Below are positions 22,697-34,366 of a DNA stretch of 64,000 nucleotides, piece after piece. Under the pieces are notes generated by a model, which worked only from the letters and a program-made list of their open reading frames with translations, was not told where the DNA came from and did not search any database. A program made the position numbers and the translations under genes. Source of the stretch: a cyanobacterium endosymbiont of Rhopalodia gibba (GTDB lineage Bacteria > Cyanobacteriota > Cyanobacteriia > Cyanobacteriales > Microcystaceae); contig CP067995.1 of assembly GCA_045159875.1 (NCBI GenBank), positions 1,696,001 to 1,760,000 on the forward strand. The letters are read 5' to 3'. Numbering within the stretch: position 1 is the first letter of the stretch; every line of letters starts with the position of its first letter.

Positions 22697-25132
22697 CTAA
22701 ACTTTAGATTTAACACTATTTTGAGAGCTGAATTGTAATTTGATAGTGACAGGGTTGGGATGCCAAACCTGCTCACAATATTTTTGAACAGAGCAATCAC
22801 TGAAAAACTTACCCATTTGTGCCAGGTCTAAAATAGACATCCGACTTCAATAGTCTTAATCCTTGTTTGCTTTATTCACCTTTTTTTGATAGTCAATATA
22901 GAATTGATAATCTGCCAATAAAAGACAAGAATAATCGTACATTAAATTATTAATAATTAGTTTAAATAAATTAAGTTAATGAGTTTTTAAAAAAATTTGG
23001 TTTCTTTATAAAGATTACAATAAATATAGCATGATAATTTTACCTCAGTAACTTTTAACCTGGTTAACTTAAATAATACCAAGTTTTCTTCTGTGACTTC
23101 TTCTTTAATTTCTATACTAGGATCATCGAAGGTCCTAATAGTTAACGCGCCATTAAGGAAAAATTTCATACTACTTGTTCCTAATACTTCTTCTCCGGTG
23201 GTAGAAATTTGTTCGAAATCAGCTACTGGATAAACTCGTTGTCCTAAAGGAATATTATAATTAGGAAGGAAAACAACTTTTAGGTAATCACTGATATCAG
23301 GAGCATTATTCACCAAATCCCCTACCGATGTAATTAACTTATATAATTGGCTGAAGCATAAAATATTCTGGAGTAGCTTTATCACCAAAAATAAAAGTAC
23401 AAGAGACAATATATAAATTGGAATCATACTTCAGACTCTTGAGAAGAGTAATGATATGTAAGACATTCAAATGTTGATGTTTGTATTTGTGAATTTGCTT
23501 AACTTGGATTTTCTGTTGGGATGTAATTAACTAAATCTCGCTTGGCTGCACACCATTGATTAAGAAAAGACGAATTATTTACAAACTCTTCTAATTTCCG
23601 TAATTCATTGAGATGTTTAATACAATTCTCTCCAATTTTTTCTTTAATTAACCCGGTTAGTCTGCGGTTATTTTAAACTACATAACGACGAGGAATGACC
23701 TCATTGGTAATGTCGATAAATTTTTCGGGAAACAATTCATAAAAGTCACACAATACGGTTTTTTTAAGTAATTCTCAATGTAGAGATGTAATCGTATGGG
23801 AGTTCACACAAGCTAAATTAGCCATACGAACATATTTGTTCTACGTTCATCGATAAGAAAAAGATTGTAAAGGTTTTCGGTCTTACCTAAAAAATTAATG
23901 TGAGTACGCTCGAGAAATCGTTGATTAATTTTGTAGATAATTTCTATAAGTAGAGGAAATAACCAACTTAAAATACTCAAAGGACATTTTTTAAACGCTT
24001 TAGGCAATAGGGTATATTTCGCCTAAGCAAAGGTATTGTAGATGATCTCCCAAGCTTAATTTTAGTTATAATAATGGATATCCACTAATAACTAACTGTA
24101 TTAAATCAGCCACTCCTAAAGCAGGACGAGTATCATTTAGTTGAGCTGCTGATTGTTTGTGAAAATTGTATAAGTTGAAGTTTTTCATGAAATGAATGCG
24201 AATCATATTCTGTAGAGAACAGGAGACAAAAAATATTGTTGTTGCAGCTGTAATTTTTTTTCTTGAATTAGTTCATCGTTAGGATGAAGTGCTTTACTGA
24301 TGGTTTCCCAGCTGACTTTACTATTTACTGTTCAGTAGTAGTTTCCTAAGTTAAGTCCTTGAAAATTAAAGGATTTACAGGCTTCTGATTTCCCTAACCG
24401 TAGGGTGTTGGCGGTGTTAACTTTGTGTCCTAAAACGGGGTATTGTAAAGAATTTCTGTAACTACATAGTCAGGAATCCAATGGACTCGCTAGGAGGCTC
24501 CACACCTATTAGGATAGGGTTCTGTATGATCTCCAGAATTAACAATAATAACTAAAATTTAAGGACGGGCAACGTTCTAGGAATTACGATGTTGCAGCTA
24601 TTTATCAGTAATTTTAACTTGTTAACCGTCATGAACTTCTTTGTTAAAAATCCTAAATTTGTAGCGAATTCTATAGCCAACAGCTGTAATTTCTAGTCTC
24701 GATAAAGAGTCCATATAACAAGCAGCTAATCTCCCTAACTGCCCACTTTTTTATTTAGCTTCTTTCTCGTAATTAATTAATTTTTTAAGATTTATTCTTT
24801 ATTTTTTTATTACTTCGCAAATGTATTTTTCAATATTTAGGGTAGTTAAATTATCACTTAAATAGGAACTAACTAAAAACTCTGCTGATAGGTAGTAGAC
24901 GACTTTAATATTTATTTCTTAGATTAGTTTAGACCGTATTTAATCACCGTTGAAAGAAGTAATCACGGACAGTATAAGCTAATGCAATGCAGAAATTATT
25001 TATTGTCGCAACAGCTGGAAATTTTCCATGAATGTAAAAAAAATTATCGAAGATCGCTCATCAAAGAGTTTCTCTCTCTAATCCAGAGTGATTATCTTTT
25101 GTTGAAAATTCTCTCGATGAAGATGCATTCAT
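22697..25132 (-). pseudogene. glgP: Glycogen/alpha-glucan phosphorylase pseudogene, near full length
   Basis: Starts MNASSSREFSTKDNHSGLERETL**AIFDN..IALAYTVRDYFFQR*. Internal pieces AQLNDTRPAL, LLIEIIYKINQRFL and LKVVFLPNYNIPLGQRVYPVADFEQISTTGEEVLGTSSMKFFLNGALTI. Ends MSILDLAQMGKFFSD..YCEQVW. Many stops and frameshifts. Track ORFs 22987..23427 and 23813..24007 are fragments of it. Confidence 0.95.
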
Positions 25133-25394
25133 TAGTTTTTTGTCACCTTCTTTACTTAGACAATAGATAATTCTTAGTTTAAAATAAGTTGTTTCTAAAA
25201 TAATATTGAAGAAATCTCAAAATCCTTATTGAAGTTAAAAAGGGAGAAATTTAGGTTAGGTTATTGAATAATTTCTTCTAAATTAATGATTAAAAATTCG
25301 CGTTATTTATAGATATTCTGACATGTTTCCCAGTCAAATCAAAACCCATAATGGTATAGTATGCCAATGAAATGTTGGTAAACTCAAACTAGAC

Positions 25395-25919
25395 TTAGTT
25401 TTTCATAAGTTTGAGAACTTCTCTCTGAAAGAAAGGATTGTTTTGAACTTTAGTGGCGATCTCATTAAACTCCCGGATGGTAAATCCTTGAGATTTTACC
25501 AATTCCCGTTGTCTGAGTAGATCTTCTTGAGCAATTTTTTTAATTTCGGGAAAAACATTCTCAAATTTTTTAAGCTCTTCATCTGAAAAGTTGCCTAGAG
25601 ACACTCCTGTGTCACTCTTTCCTTGAGCAATTTCTCGAAAACGTTGCCGGCTTAATCCTTCACCTTCAAGAACTTTAAGCATTTTTTGTGTTGTTTCTTG
25701 GGCTAAACTTCGTTGTTTTTTGATAGTTATAGCAAATTTCTCCAAGTCTTTGGCAGTAAGATTTTCAGAAGTCTGAGCTATGGTATATCCCTGAGTTATC
25801 TGCTTAAATTCACTTCTTAATACATAGTCTTCGGTTTGACTCCACGCTGAAAGTCTTCTTACTCCCAATAGTAAAAGTAATACTCCGATAAACTGTCCTA
25901 AAAGCAGTTTTTGAAACAT
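25395..25919 (-). CDS. Secreted DUF4168-like protein (paralog of 19091..19579)
   Basis: Signal peptide, DLEKFA...GLSRQRFREI and EELKKF...SQGFTIREFNEIATKVQNNP repeats. Confidence 0.75.
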   Translation of the reverse strand: MFQKLLLGQFIGVLLLLLGVRRLSAWSQTEDYVLRSEFKQITQGYTIAQTSENLTAKDLEKFAITIKKQRSLAQETTQKMLKVLEGEGLSRQRFREIAQGKSDTGVSLGNFSDEELKKFENVFPEIKKIAQEDLLRQRELVKSQGFTIREFNEIATKVQNNPFFQREVLKLMKN

Positions 25920-26772
25920 TGTATGATTTCCTTAAAAATATAAACTTGTGGCTATCTGTCAATCTCAGATAGTTCTTTTGTCCTCTATTCATTGATAATG
26001 CAAAGAGTACTGTTAATTTTAACAACTCTTAGTTCAAAAAAGAGACAATATGTAGGAACATCGAAAATATTTTTATTTTTTTTAATTTAATCTTATTCAA
26101 AAAATCCTTTTTTATGTAAACGACCACTCCTATTACGAATTAAATAATTTGTTTATTATTATCTAGTTAAATAGATATTATCTAAATTGCCGTAGTGCCA
26201 TACTAAATTCTTGATTTAAAGTTAATTTAATATATTTGATAAATATTTTTAATGTTAACATTAGCCAATATTAGACTAATAAAAATTGACTAATATATGT
26301 AATATACATTACATAGAGATACAGTTTAGCTGTTAATTGATTGTTCTTGAGAAAGCTTCTTCATTTTCTATACAGAATTAAACATCAGGTTCAATATCTG
26401 TTAATTTTTAAAATTTAAGGGCAATTTTATAAAAACAATCTCGGACTTTTCTGGTTCCCGTAATAAAATTTTAACTAAGCCTCAAAGAGTACAGATTTGC
26501 TTCTTATGATTTAACTAAAGATGACACGAGATTATTTTTTTTAAAAACCACTAGAAAAATACTTTATTGGCGGATATCTAGAAATTTTTTATAGTCTTTT
26601 AATCTCTAATGTAAGAAGACAATTTTACTGACTAAAGTTAGTATTAAAATACCTTGGTTGATAGTAATAAATATACTTTCTATCAAACTTAATAGTTTTG
26701 CATAATCAATGGAATTTGACTGTTATACTAAACTCTAGATCAAAGGGTAGCATTGCTCATCTTAGAAAAGAA

Positions 26773-29190
26773 CTATAAAGAATTAAAATCAGTTAAGACT
26801 CCATAAATCGCCCAAATAGCCATTGCCCGTAGATAATGACATACACGAAAAGTTCCAACAGCCGTTATCGCTTCAGGAGTACGAAATTGTAAGCCATTTT
26901 CATATATTTGTTTAACTACTACTTCAGTTAACTTCAATGCCTCATCTCTGCGTCCCATTTGCACGAGAAATGCTGCCAAACCAAAGTTAATTCCTGTCCA
27001 AACTTCCTGAGGATGGGTTGAATTAGGATCTTCGGGAATTCCATCGGGCTTCATGCCATTTGCTGCTCCATATTTCCCTTCTTGAAACTTCAAAAAACAA
27101 GCATCATAAATCTTATTTAAGGTTGACTGGATATATTGATTTTCAACTATGTCAGGCAATTTCAATAAACGAGCGTAAAATTGACCACACAATTGATCTG
27201 CCATTACCACACTAGAACCACTTTTACTGTCGAGTTTATAGTATTCTCCATTCCATAAAGTTTTATGATAAATTGACCGCGATTGTTGTAACCAATAATT
27301 ATAATTTTTTATATGATCACTGACTAGTTTTAATTCTGATTCTAAATTACTTGGAGTATTTTCTAAAATAATCTCGCCGATTTTAATAGCCGACTCCAGG
27401 GCTGCTATCCACAACCCGCCACAATATGCACTTATTCCTTGTAATTGCCAATCATCAAAAGTTTGATCAGGTGCACCGGAATTTTCAGGTATACCATCCC
27501 CATCTAAATCAAAAGTTTTTAAATAAGCTAAGGTTTCTGCAATCGCCGGCCAACATTTTCTTAAAAATTCTTTATCTTTGCCAGGTGTTAATAAATAATC
27601 TCGATACACTTGCAGAACAAAATCACTCCCTAAATCTTTCCACAAATTACAATCTTGATAGCTAGTATAATTGGTTTTTTTCCAGGGATGTTCATTAGGA
27701 GCACCTAAGTCATGAGGGGTGGCCCCTTTGGCTTTTCTAATTGCTTTTGCCTGGTTATAGCCAATAATTCTAGGGGTGTTATCATAGGTTGAAATTGCTC
27801 TAGCAAAGGCTTCTAAAACTGATTTTTCTATCCTTGGCCAAAGCATCATTAGTCCAAAAGAACCATATAGTCGAACATCTAAACTTTCATACCAACGATA
27901 GTCTAGACATTCGAGAACACCAAATTGCCCAATAGGATCATCCTCTGAAGCGGCTGTCCATAAAGTTCCTCCATCAGTCAGTAAATATAATTCATTCAAT
28001 AAAGCCATTTTAAACCAGCCAGGTAAGTCGTCCCTTTTAATAATGGGAGACTGCCATTCTTCTATCTTTTTTTGCCAAACATTAAAATGTTTTAAAGCTG
28101 TTTTAACTATTGCCCAAGCGTTCTTACCATTGCGATCAAAAAAGTCAGTGTAGCGACGGTAACATTCTACTCCCTGAGCAAATTCTGTGACAGGAAAATC
28201 CCAGGCTAAAATAAAGGGAATTTTCTTAGTCTTCCCAGGACGAATAGTAAACCGAATGGTCATGGCTGCGGCAATTTGTTCTCCAGGTTTAGCTGGGGTT
28301 TCATTTTCAGTATTTGGTAACGATCCATTCATAGCGAAATCGTCCCAAATTTCTGAACCATCTCCCTTGGGGTTCCATCTTCCCAAATAAAAAACCTCGA
28401 CACTGGGATTAGTTACACTAGCAATGCAAATTTGTCCTTCCCCTTCCTGCACTTGAGTCTGGAGTTGAATATGGTTGCAGATGAATCCAACACTGCAGTT
28501 ATCTCGCACCCATTGATTAAAATTTCCCGTACTCTGTCCCCATCGGGGTTGATATTTATATTCAGGGCTACCATCGTCTCTGACGGTAATTTCAGGAGAT
28601 TTGATAGCATTGGTAAACCATCCTACAATATTTTGCCACGTTACCATAATACTGAGAGTAATGGGTTTATCTGTGGGATTATAGGCAGTCCATTCAAAGA
28701 TAGCTAAAGGGTAGCTAGTTTCCTGATAATTATCTGGAATAATTGGGGAAAATTGCTCACAAACTAGATTGCTTTGCAATACACCTTGATATTCGTACCA
28801 ACTGCGAGGATAAAGGGCATGATAAGTCCCTTTCTCCGTAGGATACCAATTCCAAGTTGATAAAGTTCCATCTTCAGGAGGTTGGGTACACAGAGCATAA
28901 GCTTGAGAATTTTTCCCTTCGGATTGTTCAAAAACGCTAAACTGACAGGCGGGAATACTACCGAATGTATGTTCACCCCCATCAAAATGCCAGAGGTTAA
29001 AGTCACCACGGGGGGAACGTCCAATGCAACCAGCTCCGAACCCGCCGAGAGGCATTCCATGGTTTGGTCCATCATCTAAGTTACTAGCTCTTCGTACTGT
29101 GTAGGGCTTATCCCATCCTTTACCGATAGGACGTTTCCAAGTGCAAGGAGGAATCTTGGGAAAAGAAAATGGTGTTTCCATAGAATACAT
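26773..29190 (-). CDS. GH116 family beta-glucosidase (non-lysosomal glucosylceramidase-like)
   Basis: GMPLGGFGAGCIGR, YPRSW, FGVLECLDYRWYESLDV, PHDLG, DQTFDDW, EVWTGINF, FRTPEA, YLRAMAIW. Confidence 0.93.
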   Translation of the reverse strand: MYSMETPFSFPKIPPCTWKRPIGKGWDKPYTVRRASNLDDGPNHGMPLGGFGAGCIGRSPRGDFNLWHFDGGEHTFGSIPACQFSVFEQSEGKNSQAYALCTQPPEDGTLSTWNWYPTEKGTYHALYPRSWYEYQGVLQSNLVCEQFSPIIPDNYQETSYPLAIFEWTAYNPTDKPITLSIMVTWQNIVGWFTNAIKSPEITVRDDGSPEYKYQPRWGQSTGNFNQWVRDNCSVGFICNHIQLQTQVQEGEGQICIASVTNPSVEVFYLGRWNPKGDGSEIWDDFAMNGSLPNTENETPAKPGEQIAAAMTIRFTIRPGKTKKIPFILAWDFPVTEFAQGVECYRRYTDFFDRNGKNAWAIVKTALKHFNVWQKKIEEWQSPIIKRDDLPGWFKMALLNELYLLTDGGTLWTAASEDDPIGQFGVLECLDYRWYESLDVRLYGSFGLMMLWPRIEKSVLEAFARAISTYDNTPRIIGYNQAKAIRKAKGATPHDLGAPNEHPWKKTNYTSYQDCNLWKDLGSDFVLQVYRDYLLTPGKDKEFLRKCWPAIAETLAYLKTFDLDGDGIPENSGAPDQTFDDWQLQGISAYCGGLWIAALESAIKIGEIILENTPSNLESELKLVSDHIKNYNYWLQQSRSIYHKTLWNGEYYKLDSKSGSSVVMADQLCGQFYARLLKLPDIVENQYIQSTLNKIYDACFLKFQEGKYGAANGMKPDGIPEDPNSTHPQEVWTGINFGLAAFLVQMGRRDEALKLTEVVVKQIYENGLQFRTPEAITAVGTFRVCHYLRAMAIWAIYGVLTDFNSL

Positions 29191-30767
29191 TCTAACCTAT
29201 TACAGTTATGTGATTAAGACGATTAATTAATCAGCTATGAATTTCAACATTTATAGTCAAAGATAAACCCAAAAAGCAATCCGAACATGTTTGTTAGTTG
29301 ACAGAAAAAATATGCTATAAAGGTTAGAGTTTTTTGTCCAAAGCTCTAAAAGTTCTTCTTTATGAAACAGTCTAAAATAGTCATTTATCATGAAAACCAG
29401 CTTATTATATCCATTGTAACACATGAATTTTTAAGCTTTAATTTATCAGATAAGTTTACTAAACTGATCTTTGATTTTCTTATAGCAAATAAGATTTTTT
29501 TATCGTCAAAAATGCTATAAAAATCTGTTTAAATTAAATGGACTATTCATTAATAGTCCGCTCATGTCGCTTTCTATTTTTTAAAGATTTAGAATAAACT
29601 CTTAAGCAATTTGATTGACTAATAGCAATTGAACAACTTACCTAAGTATAGCAAAATAGTATCAAAAAATCTATTTTTAGAGAGTACCACGGATAAAAAA
29701 ACTAAATAAAAAATAATTTATATATTAATTTTAGACTTTAAAAGTGTTAAATAATAGCAAAAAAAAATAATTTTTATAATATCTCTAGTTTAAAAAATAG
29801 GGTTAAATATTTAGACTTTTACAATATATATAAATCTTACCTTCTTATTTATAAGATAAAAGTTGAATTAATCAATTCTATCAATTTGATAAATAAACGA
29901 TCTAAAAAATATAGGTAAAGATTTGGAAGTATCTAGAGCTACTTTAGATTTGGTTAATTTTTTTAAAATTGAACAATTCACTAGAAATAGATGATAATCG
30001 CTATTAAAATAAACTGGTTTATTTGCTAAACTAAAAAAAAGCTAAATTTAATAGGTTTAATTACGTTAATTTTTTAAAAAAATTTAACTTTTACGCAAGA
30101 GCTAATTTAACTAATTTTTTATTTTTTGAAATATCTTTTCTTTCCTTTAGAAATTGAATAGGAGTTAAGTAAGTTTTGAACTTGTCTTAAAATCTATTAT
30201 TTTTTTGTATTTATGTAGAAAATATTTAGTTTAATATCTAAATTAAATACTTTCTACATAAAGCTAATAAAGATCTTGTTGTGATTGAGGGAGTAGATCA
30301 TTGAAATTATTTGTAACAATTTAGTTTTCAAAGTCATTTATTTTCTTCCCAAGTCTCTTCTTGTTTGTAACGAGTTCTTGATTTATATTATTAGATAATA
30401 ATAGAATTATTTAATAACTTGGTGAGATTAAATACAATTTAAATTGTATCAGTTTATTTAATTTAATTTTAAGTTTTAAAGTCAAATTATTCTTTGTAAT
30501 AAATACTTTAGAATAAGTTGATCTTTTAGTTTTTTTATAATAGAAAATTATTTTTAGATAAAAACTAATAAAAAACACTAATCTCAGAGTAAGTAAATAT
30601 TTTATTTGGTGTAATGAGTTATATAACAGTATATAAATGTAGTAAGATACTATATCTATATTTTATATATTATCTTTTTTTAACTTTATAAAAATTTTTC
30701 CAAAGTAAGTTAATAATTGAGTTACTGCCAAGATCATGAAAGAGTTCAGTATTACCTAATACTAGGA

Positions 30768-30801
30768 CAAATAATGAATATTGAATTTAATTCATTATTT
30801 G
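30768..30801. repeat. Perfect inverted repeat, 12-bp arms
   Basis: CAAATAATGAAT-attgaattta-ATTCATTATTTG. Confidence 0.8.
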
Positions 30802-31430
30802 ATCAAGATAAAAGTATTTTTTCATCCAAGGATATATATTTTTATTGTAATTATTAATTTATAAAAAAATACTATTTTAGTGTATAAATTTATCAAAAAA
30901 TAATCATTTTTATTTTTTTGTAAGAAAAAAAATAAAAAAATAGAGTATTATTTGTTATTTTATAAAAATAAAAATTTTTATAGTTTCCCAAGCTATATAT
31001 TATAAACAAGTAGTTAATATTTATTGATATTTAATATTTTTAAAATAAATTTTTTTTTGTAATAAAAAAAATTAAAATACTAATTTTAAAATTTAACTGT
31101 ACTTATTATATGATTTTAAATTACTGACAATACTTGTTGGAGGTTAAAACTTTTTTAAAAAAAGTTAATTAACTATTTATTTTTTAAAACTTAATAACAA
31201 TATATGCTTTTATTTGGGAAATAAGATAAGTTAAAGCAAGATTTATATTGTGCTATAAATTATTCATATCAGCGCAAAAACCATATAAATATAATTGACT
31301 TAATAAAGTCAATAATTAGCTCTGCATTACCTAATTATCTGCTGAAGTTTGACATATTGTCTTTTGACGAATATTGAGGATTATTTGTAAGATAAACTTC
31401 GCTAATATACCTAATTATCTAACGCTACCT

Positions 31431-31784
31431 ATGGATTCAACAGTCGAAAAAAAAAAGCTCGTTTCTGTTCAACCTACAGGTTTTTGTAATCAACAAAAAA
31501 CTGCCCTCGTCTCCATTGGTATTACCCCGACAGGCTATATTTCAATTGGGATTGCTCCCATGGGTATTATTGCTATTGGAATTGTTCCAATGGGGGTAAT
31601 TTCGTTTGGGGCAGTGGCCATGGGAACTGTTGCTACAGGAGCGGTTTCTATGGGAATAGCGGCTTTTGGAGTTGAAACTATGTCTCTCTTCAATTTAGAA
31701 TGGTCACAATTGGGATCGGTAGAAATTCAATTCAAACCACACAATCACGATAATTATAAAGACCATAATCATTCAAGTCCTTAA
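31431..31784 (+). CDS. Small hydrophobic Gly-repeat protein with His-rich C-terminus
   Basis: ATG at 31431. Gly every 5 residues (SIGITPTGY ISIGIAPMGI IAIGIVPMGV ISFGAVAMG..). Tail HNHDNYKDHNH. Confidence 0.75.
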   Translation: MDSTVEKKKLVSVQPTGFCNQQKTALVSIGITPTGYISIGIAPMGIIAIGIVPMGVISFGAVAMGTVATGAVSMGIAAFGVETMSLFNLEWSQLGSVEIQFKPHNHDNYKDHNHSSP

Positions 31785-31934
31785 AGTTCAACACCCAATA
31801 TACTTGAGATAAACTATTAATTTTCTGGAAACTTTACGAGCCAAGGATTAACCAAGTGGATTAAGTAAGGAAACCAAATCTGGCTCTAAACCATCTATTT
31901 ATAATATTCAGAGCCAGCTCATGTTGCCATTCCT

Positions 31935-33080
31935 ATGAATCACATTAATTCTCCTCAGATGCCCTTAGACAATAATTTAGATCTGAAGCATACTTCTGAC
32001 TACCTGAATCAGACTGACACTATTAATTCCCCAATTTATCCGACTACAACCCCAATCGAGATTAGTGAACCCCCTTCCTCTACATCCATAGAAATTTCAC
32101 TTACTCCTGAAAATGACCAAGTTACTAGTCGGGATTGGTTTAACCTCGCCCGAAAACTACGAAAACAAAATGGGGAACTACTTGAGAGCATCGTAAAATT
32201 GGAACAATCTCTAGCTGAATCTCAAAAACAGTTACAAGAACAAGTACAACAAGCACATCAAAACGACTTCCTTATTGCCGAGAAAACTGCCCAAGTCAAT
32301 GCGATAAAAGAACAATTTCAAACTGCTCAAAAGCAGTTTCAGGAACAACAACAGGAGTTAAATACTATTATAGAAAAGTTGGTGACAACTCAATCCAAAT
32401 TGGTTAGTGTAGAATATCAATGCACCCTACTTAAGCAACGTTATCGAGAAAAAGCTGATCGACTAGACCATAGTGAAAAACAGATTGAAGAATTACAAAC
32501 TAGGTTGCAACGACAACAACGATATGCCCTACAGTATAAAGCAGCTTTAGATGAATGCTTAAGTAAGTCTAGTAGAAAGCAAATTCAGCCTTCGATAGAC
32601 TCTTTCAGTTCTGCTAAAACTTTTACTCCTAAGATAAATTCCATTAAAACCTGGTCAGAACAAGTCACAACACAAAAAGTCTCAGGGTCGGTTTTAGCTG
32701 AAGTACAACCGAGAGCTCCTCTTAACCAAATCGCTATCTCTAATGCTCCAAAAAAGTCTGAACCCTTATCGTCTTTAGGACATTTAGATCAACCTCTTCA
32801 AGATCTGTCCTCCTTAGCCCCAGAAATACCTAAGTCTGTGAAACAGATGAAGACTGATACGAAGAAAATACTCAATCAAAAAAGCCAGGAATTTACATCA
32901 GCTAATTTTGATCCCAAAACTGTTGCTAAGTATAATATTCACTCTCATAAAATGGTTACTCCAACACCTCAAAAATTAGCAGTACAGCCTCCTGTTACTT
33001 TCAGTTTTGACATTGATTCTAACAAACCCCATGATAAAGCCAAGATTGACTTACCTTCTTTTTTGCCTAGACGACATTAG
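31935..33080 (+). CDS. Cyanobacterial coiled-coil hypothetical protein
   Basis: Q/E/L-rich central heptads (DWFNLARKLRKQN...LQRQQRYALQYKAALDECL), low-complexity flanks, terminal IDLPSF. Confidence 0.75.
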   Translation: MNHINSPQMPLDNNLDLKHTSDYLNQTDTINSPIYPTTTPIEISEPPSSTSIEISLTPENDQVTSRDWFNLARKLRKQNGELLESIVKLEQSLAESQKQLQEQVQQAHQNDFLIAEKTAQVNAIKEQFQTAQKQFQEQQQELNTIIEKLVTTQSKLVSVEYQCTLLKQRYREKADRLDHSEKQIEELQTRLQRQQRYALQYKAALDECLSKSSRKQIQPSIDSFSSAKTFTPKINSIKTWSEQVTTQKVSGSVLAEVQPRAPLNQIAISNAPKKSEPLSSLGHLDQPLQDLSSLAPEIPKSVKQMKTDTKKILNQKSQEFTSANFDPKTVAKYNIHSHKMVTPTPQKLAVQPPVTFSFDIDSNKPHDKAKIDLPSFLPRRH

Positions 33081-33203
33081 CAGTAATTATCAACTCCAAC
33101 GTTAAAATCATTAATCTTTACTTGGGAACTATTTTGAAAGTTAACTAATCGGATGATTGACGCTATAATTAGACCTAATAGTCCCGATATACCAACTAAA
33201 ATC

Positions 33204-33974
33204 ATGGATAGACGCTCTTTTCTCAAATCAATTCCTGTGGGATTAGCAGGGACAACCTTTAGCTTGAGTTTTCCTTCATTATTAGCAGCTATTGGCAAAG
33301 AAAATCATAGTGAATGGGATTACCGGCATCCTGAACAATGGGGAGAGATTTCTGAAGAATACCGAGTTTGTAAAATGGGAAAACAACAATCACCTATTGA
33401 CTTACAATCTCCTATTAAATCTCAGCTTGGACATGTAGAAATTTTTTATAAAGAAATTCCCCTGCGCATTATCAATAATGGTCATACCATTCAGGTTAAT
33501 AGTGTCCCAGGAAATTTTATTATTGTTGATGACCAAAAATTTGAGCTTTTACAATTTCATTTCCATCATCCTAGTGAACATACTGTCAATGGAAAGAACT
33601 ACCCGATGGAAATCCATCTAGTTCATCGAAATCAACAGGGTTCTCTTGCTGTTTTAGGAGTTTCTCTTAAACAAGGACAAGAACATCAAACTCTTCAGTT
33701 GATTTGGGATAGTATTCCCTCTAGAAAAAGTGCTGAAAAATTAATTTCTGATCGTTATATTCCCTTAAATAAAATTCTACCAGCTAACTTTGATAGCTAC
33801 CGATATTTTGGTTCTTTGACTACTCCTCCTTGTTCTGAGATTGTCTATTGGATAGTATTTAAAGAACCATTAGAAGTTTCTCTCAGACAAATTCAACAAT
33901 TTAAACAAATCTTTTCCTCAAATGCTCGCCCAGTTCAACCTATTAATCGTCGTTTTATTCTAACTTCTATCTAG
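33204..33974 (+). CDS. Alpha-class carbonic anhydrase with twin-arginine signal (EcaA-like)
   Basis: MDRRSFLK Tat motif, QSPIDL, NNGHTIQ, QFHFHHPSEH, EIHLVH, GSLTTPPCSE, NARPVQP. Confidence 0.93.
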   Translation: MDRRSFLKSIPVGLAGTTFSLSFPSLLAAIGKENHSEWDYRHPEQWGEISEEYRVCKMGKQQSPIDLQSPIKSQLGHVEIFYKEIPLRIINNGHTIQVNSVPGNFIIVDDQKFELLQFHFHHPSEHTVNGKNYPMEIHLVHRNQQGSLAVLGVSLKQGQEHQTLQLIWDSIPSRKSAEKLISDRYIPLNKILPANFDSYRYFGSLTTPPCSEIVYWIVFKEPLEVSLRQIQQFKQIFSSNARPVQPINRRFILTSI

Positions 33975-34366
33975 AAACCGATTAAACAAACTCTCCAAAG
34001 TTCTCCGATAAATTATGATTATGACTGATAGGTTTTAGACCTAAATTATGGGTAAAGCTAAACGTCGTAAGAATTGTACTAAAGAATGATATAGCCAGGA
34101 TAGAGTTATTCTTTCTTGACTTCCTATTATTAAACACCAAGCTGACATTTTCTATCAATGGACAATGCAGCAAGCTTGAATCATAGGGTCAGCCTCCACA
34201 TGCTTCATGAGTTCTGAAAAACCTAGAAAGTCTGACTCTAGTTCTCTGTAATAATATTCCAGTTTTTTATTGACCGTTTTCAAGTTTTTACTTCTTGTGA
34301 GCCATTTTGCTGTAAGTTTACAAGTAGTTTGAATGACTTAGTGAATTATCATGACAATACAGGAAC

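Noticed and set aside
22987..24007. ORFs 22987..23427 and 23813..24007 as independent genes
   Set aside because: They are fragments of the glgP pseudogene.
29800..30400. Possible IS4-family transposase remnant on the minus strand (and a similar one near 52800-53120 on the plus strand)
   Set aside because: Only weak fragments (e.g. LTPIQFLKERKDI; IKEWII..LIDR). Too eroded to support without a search.
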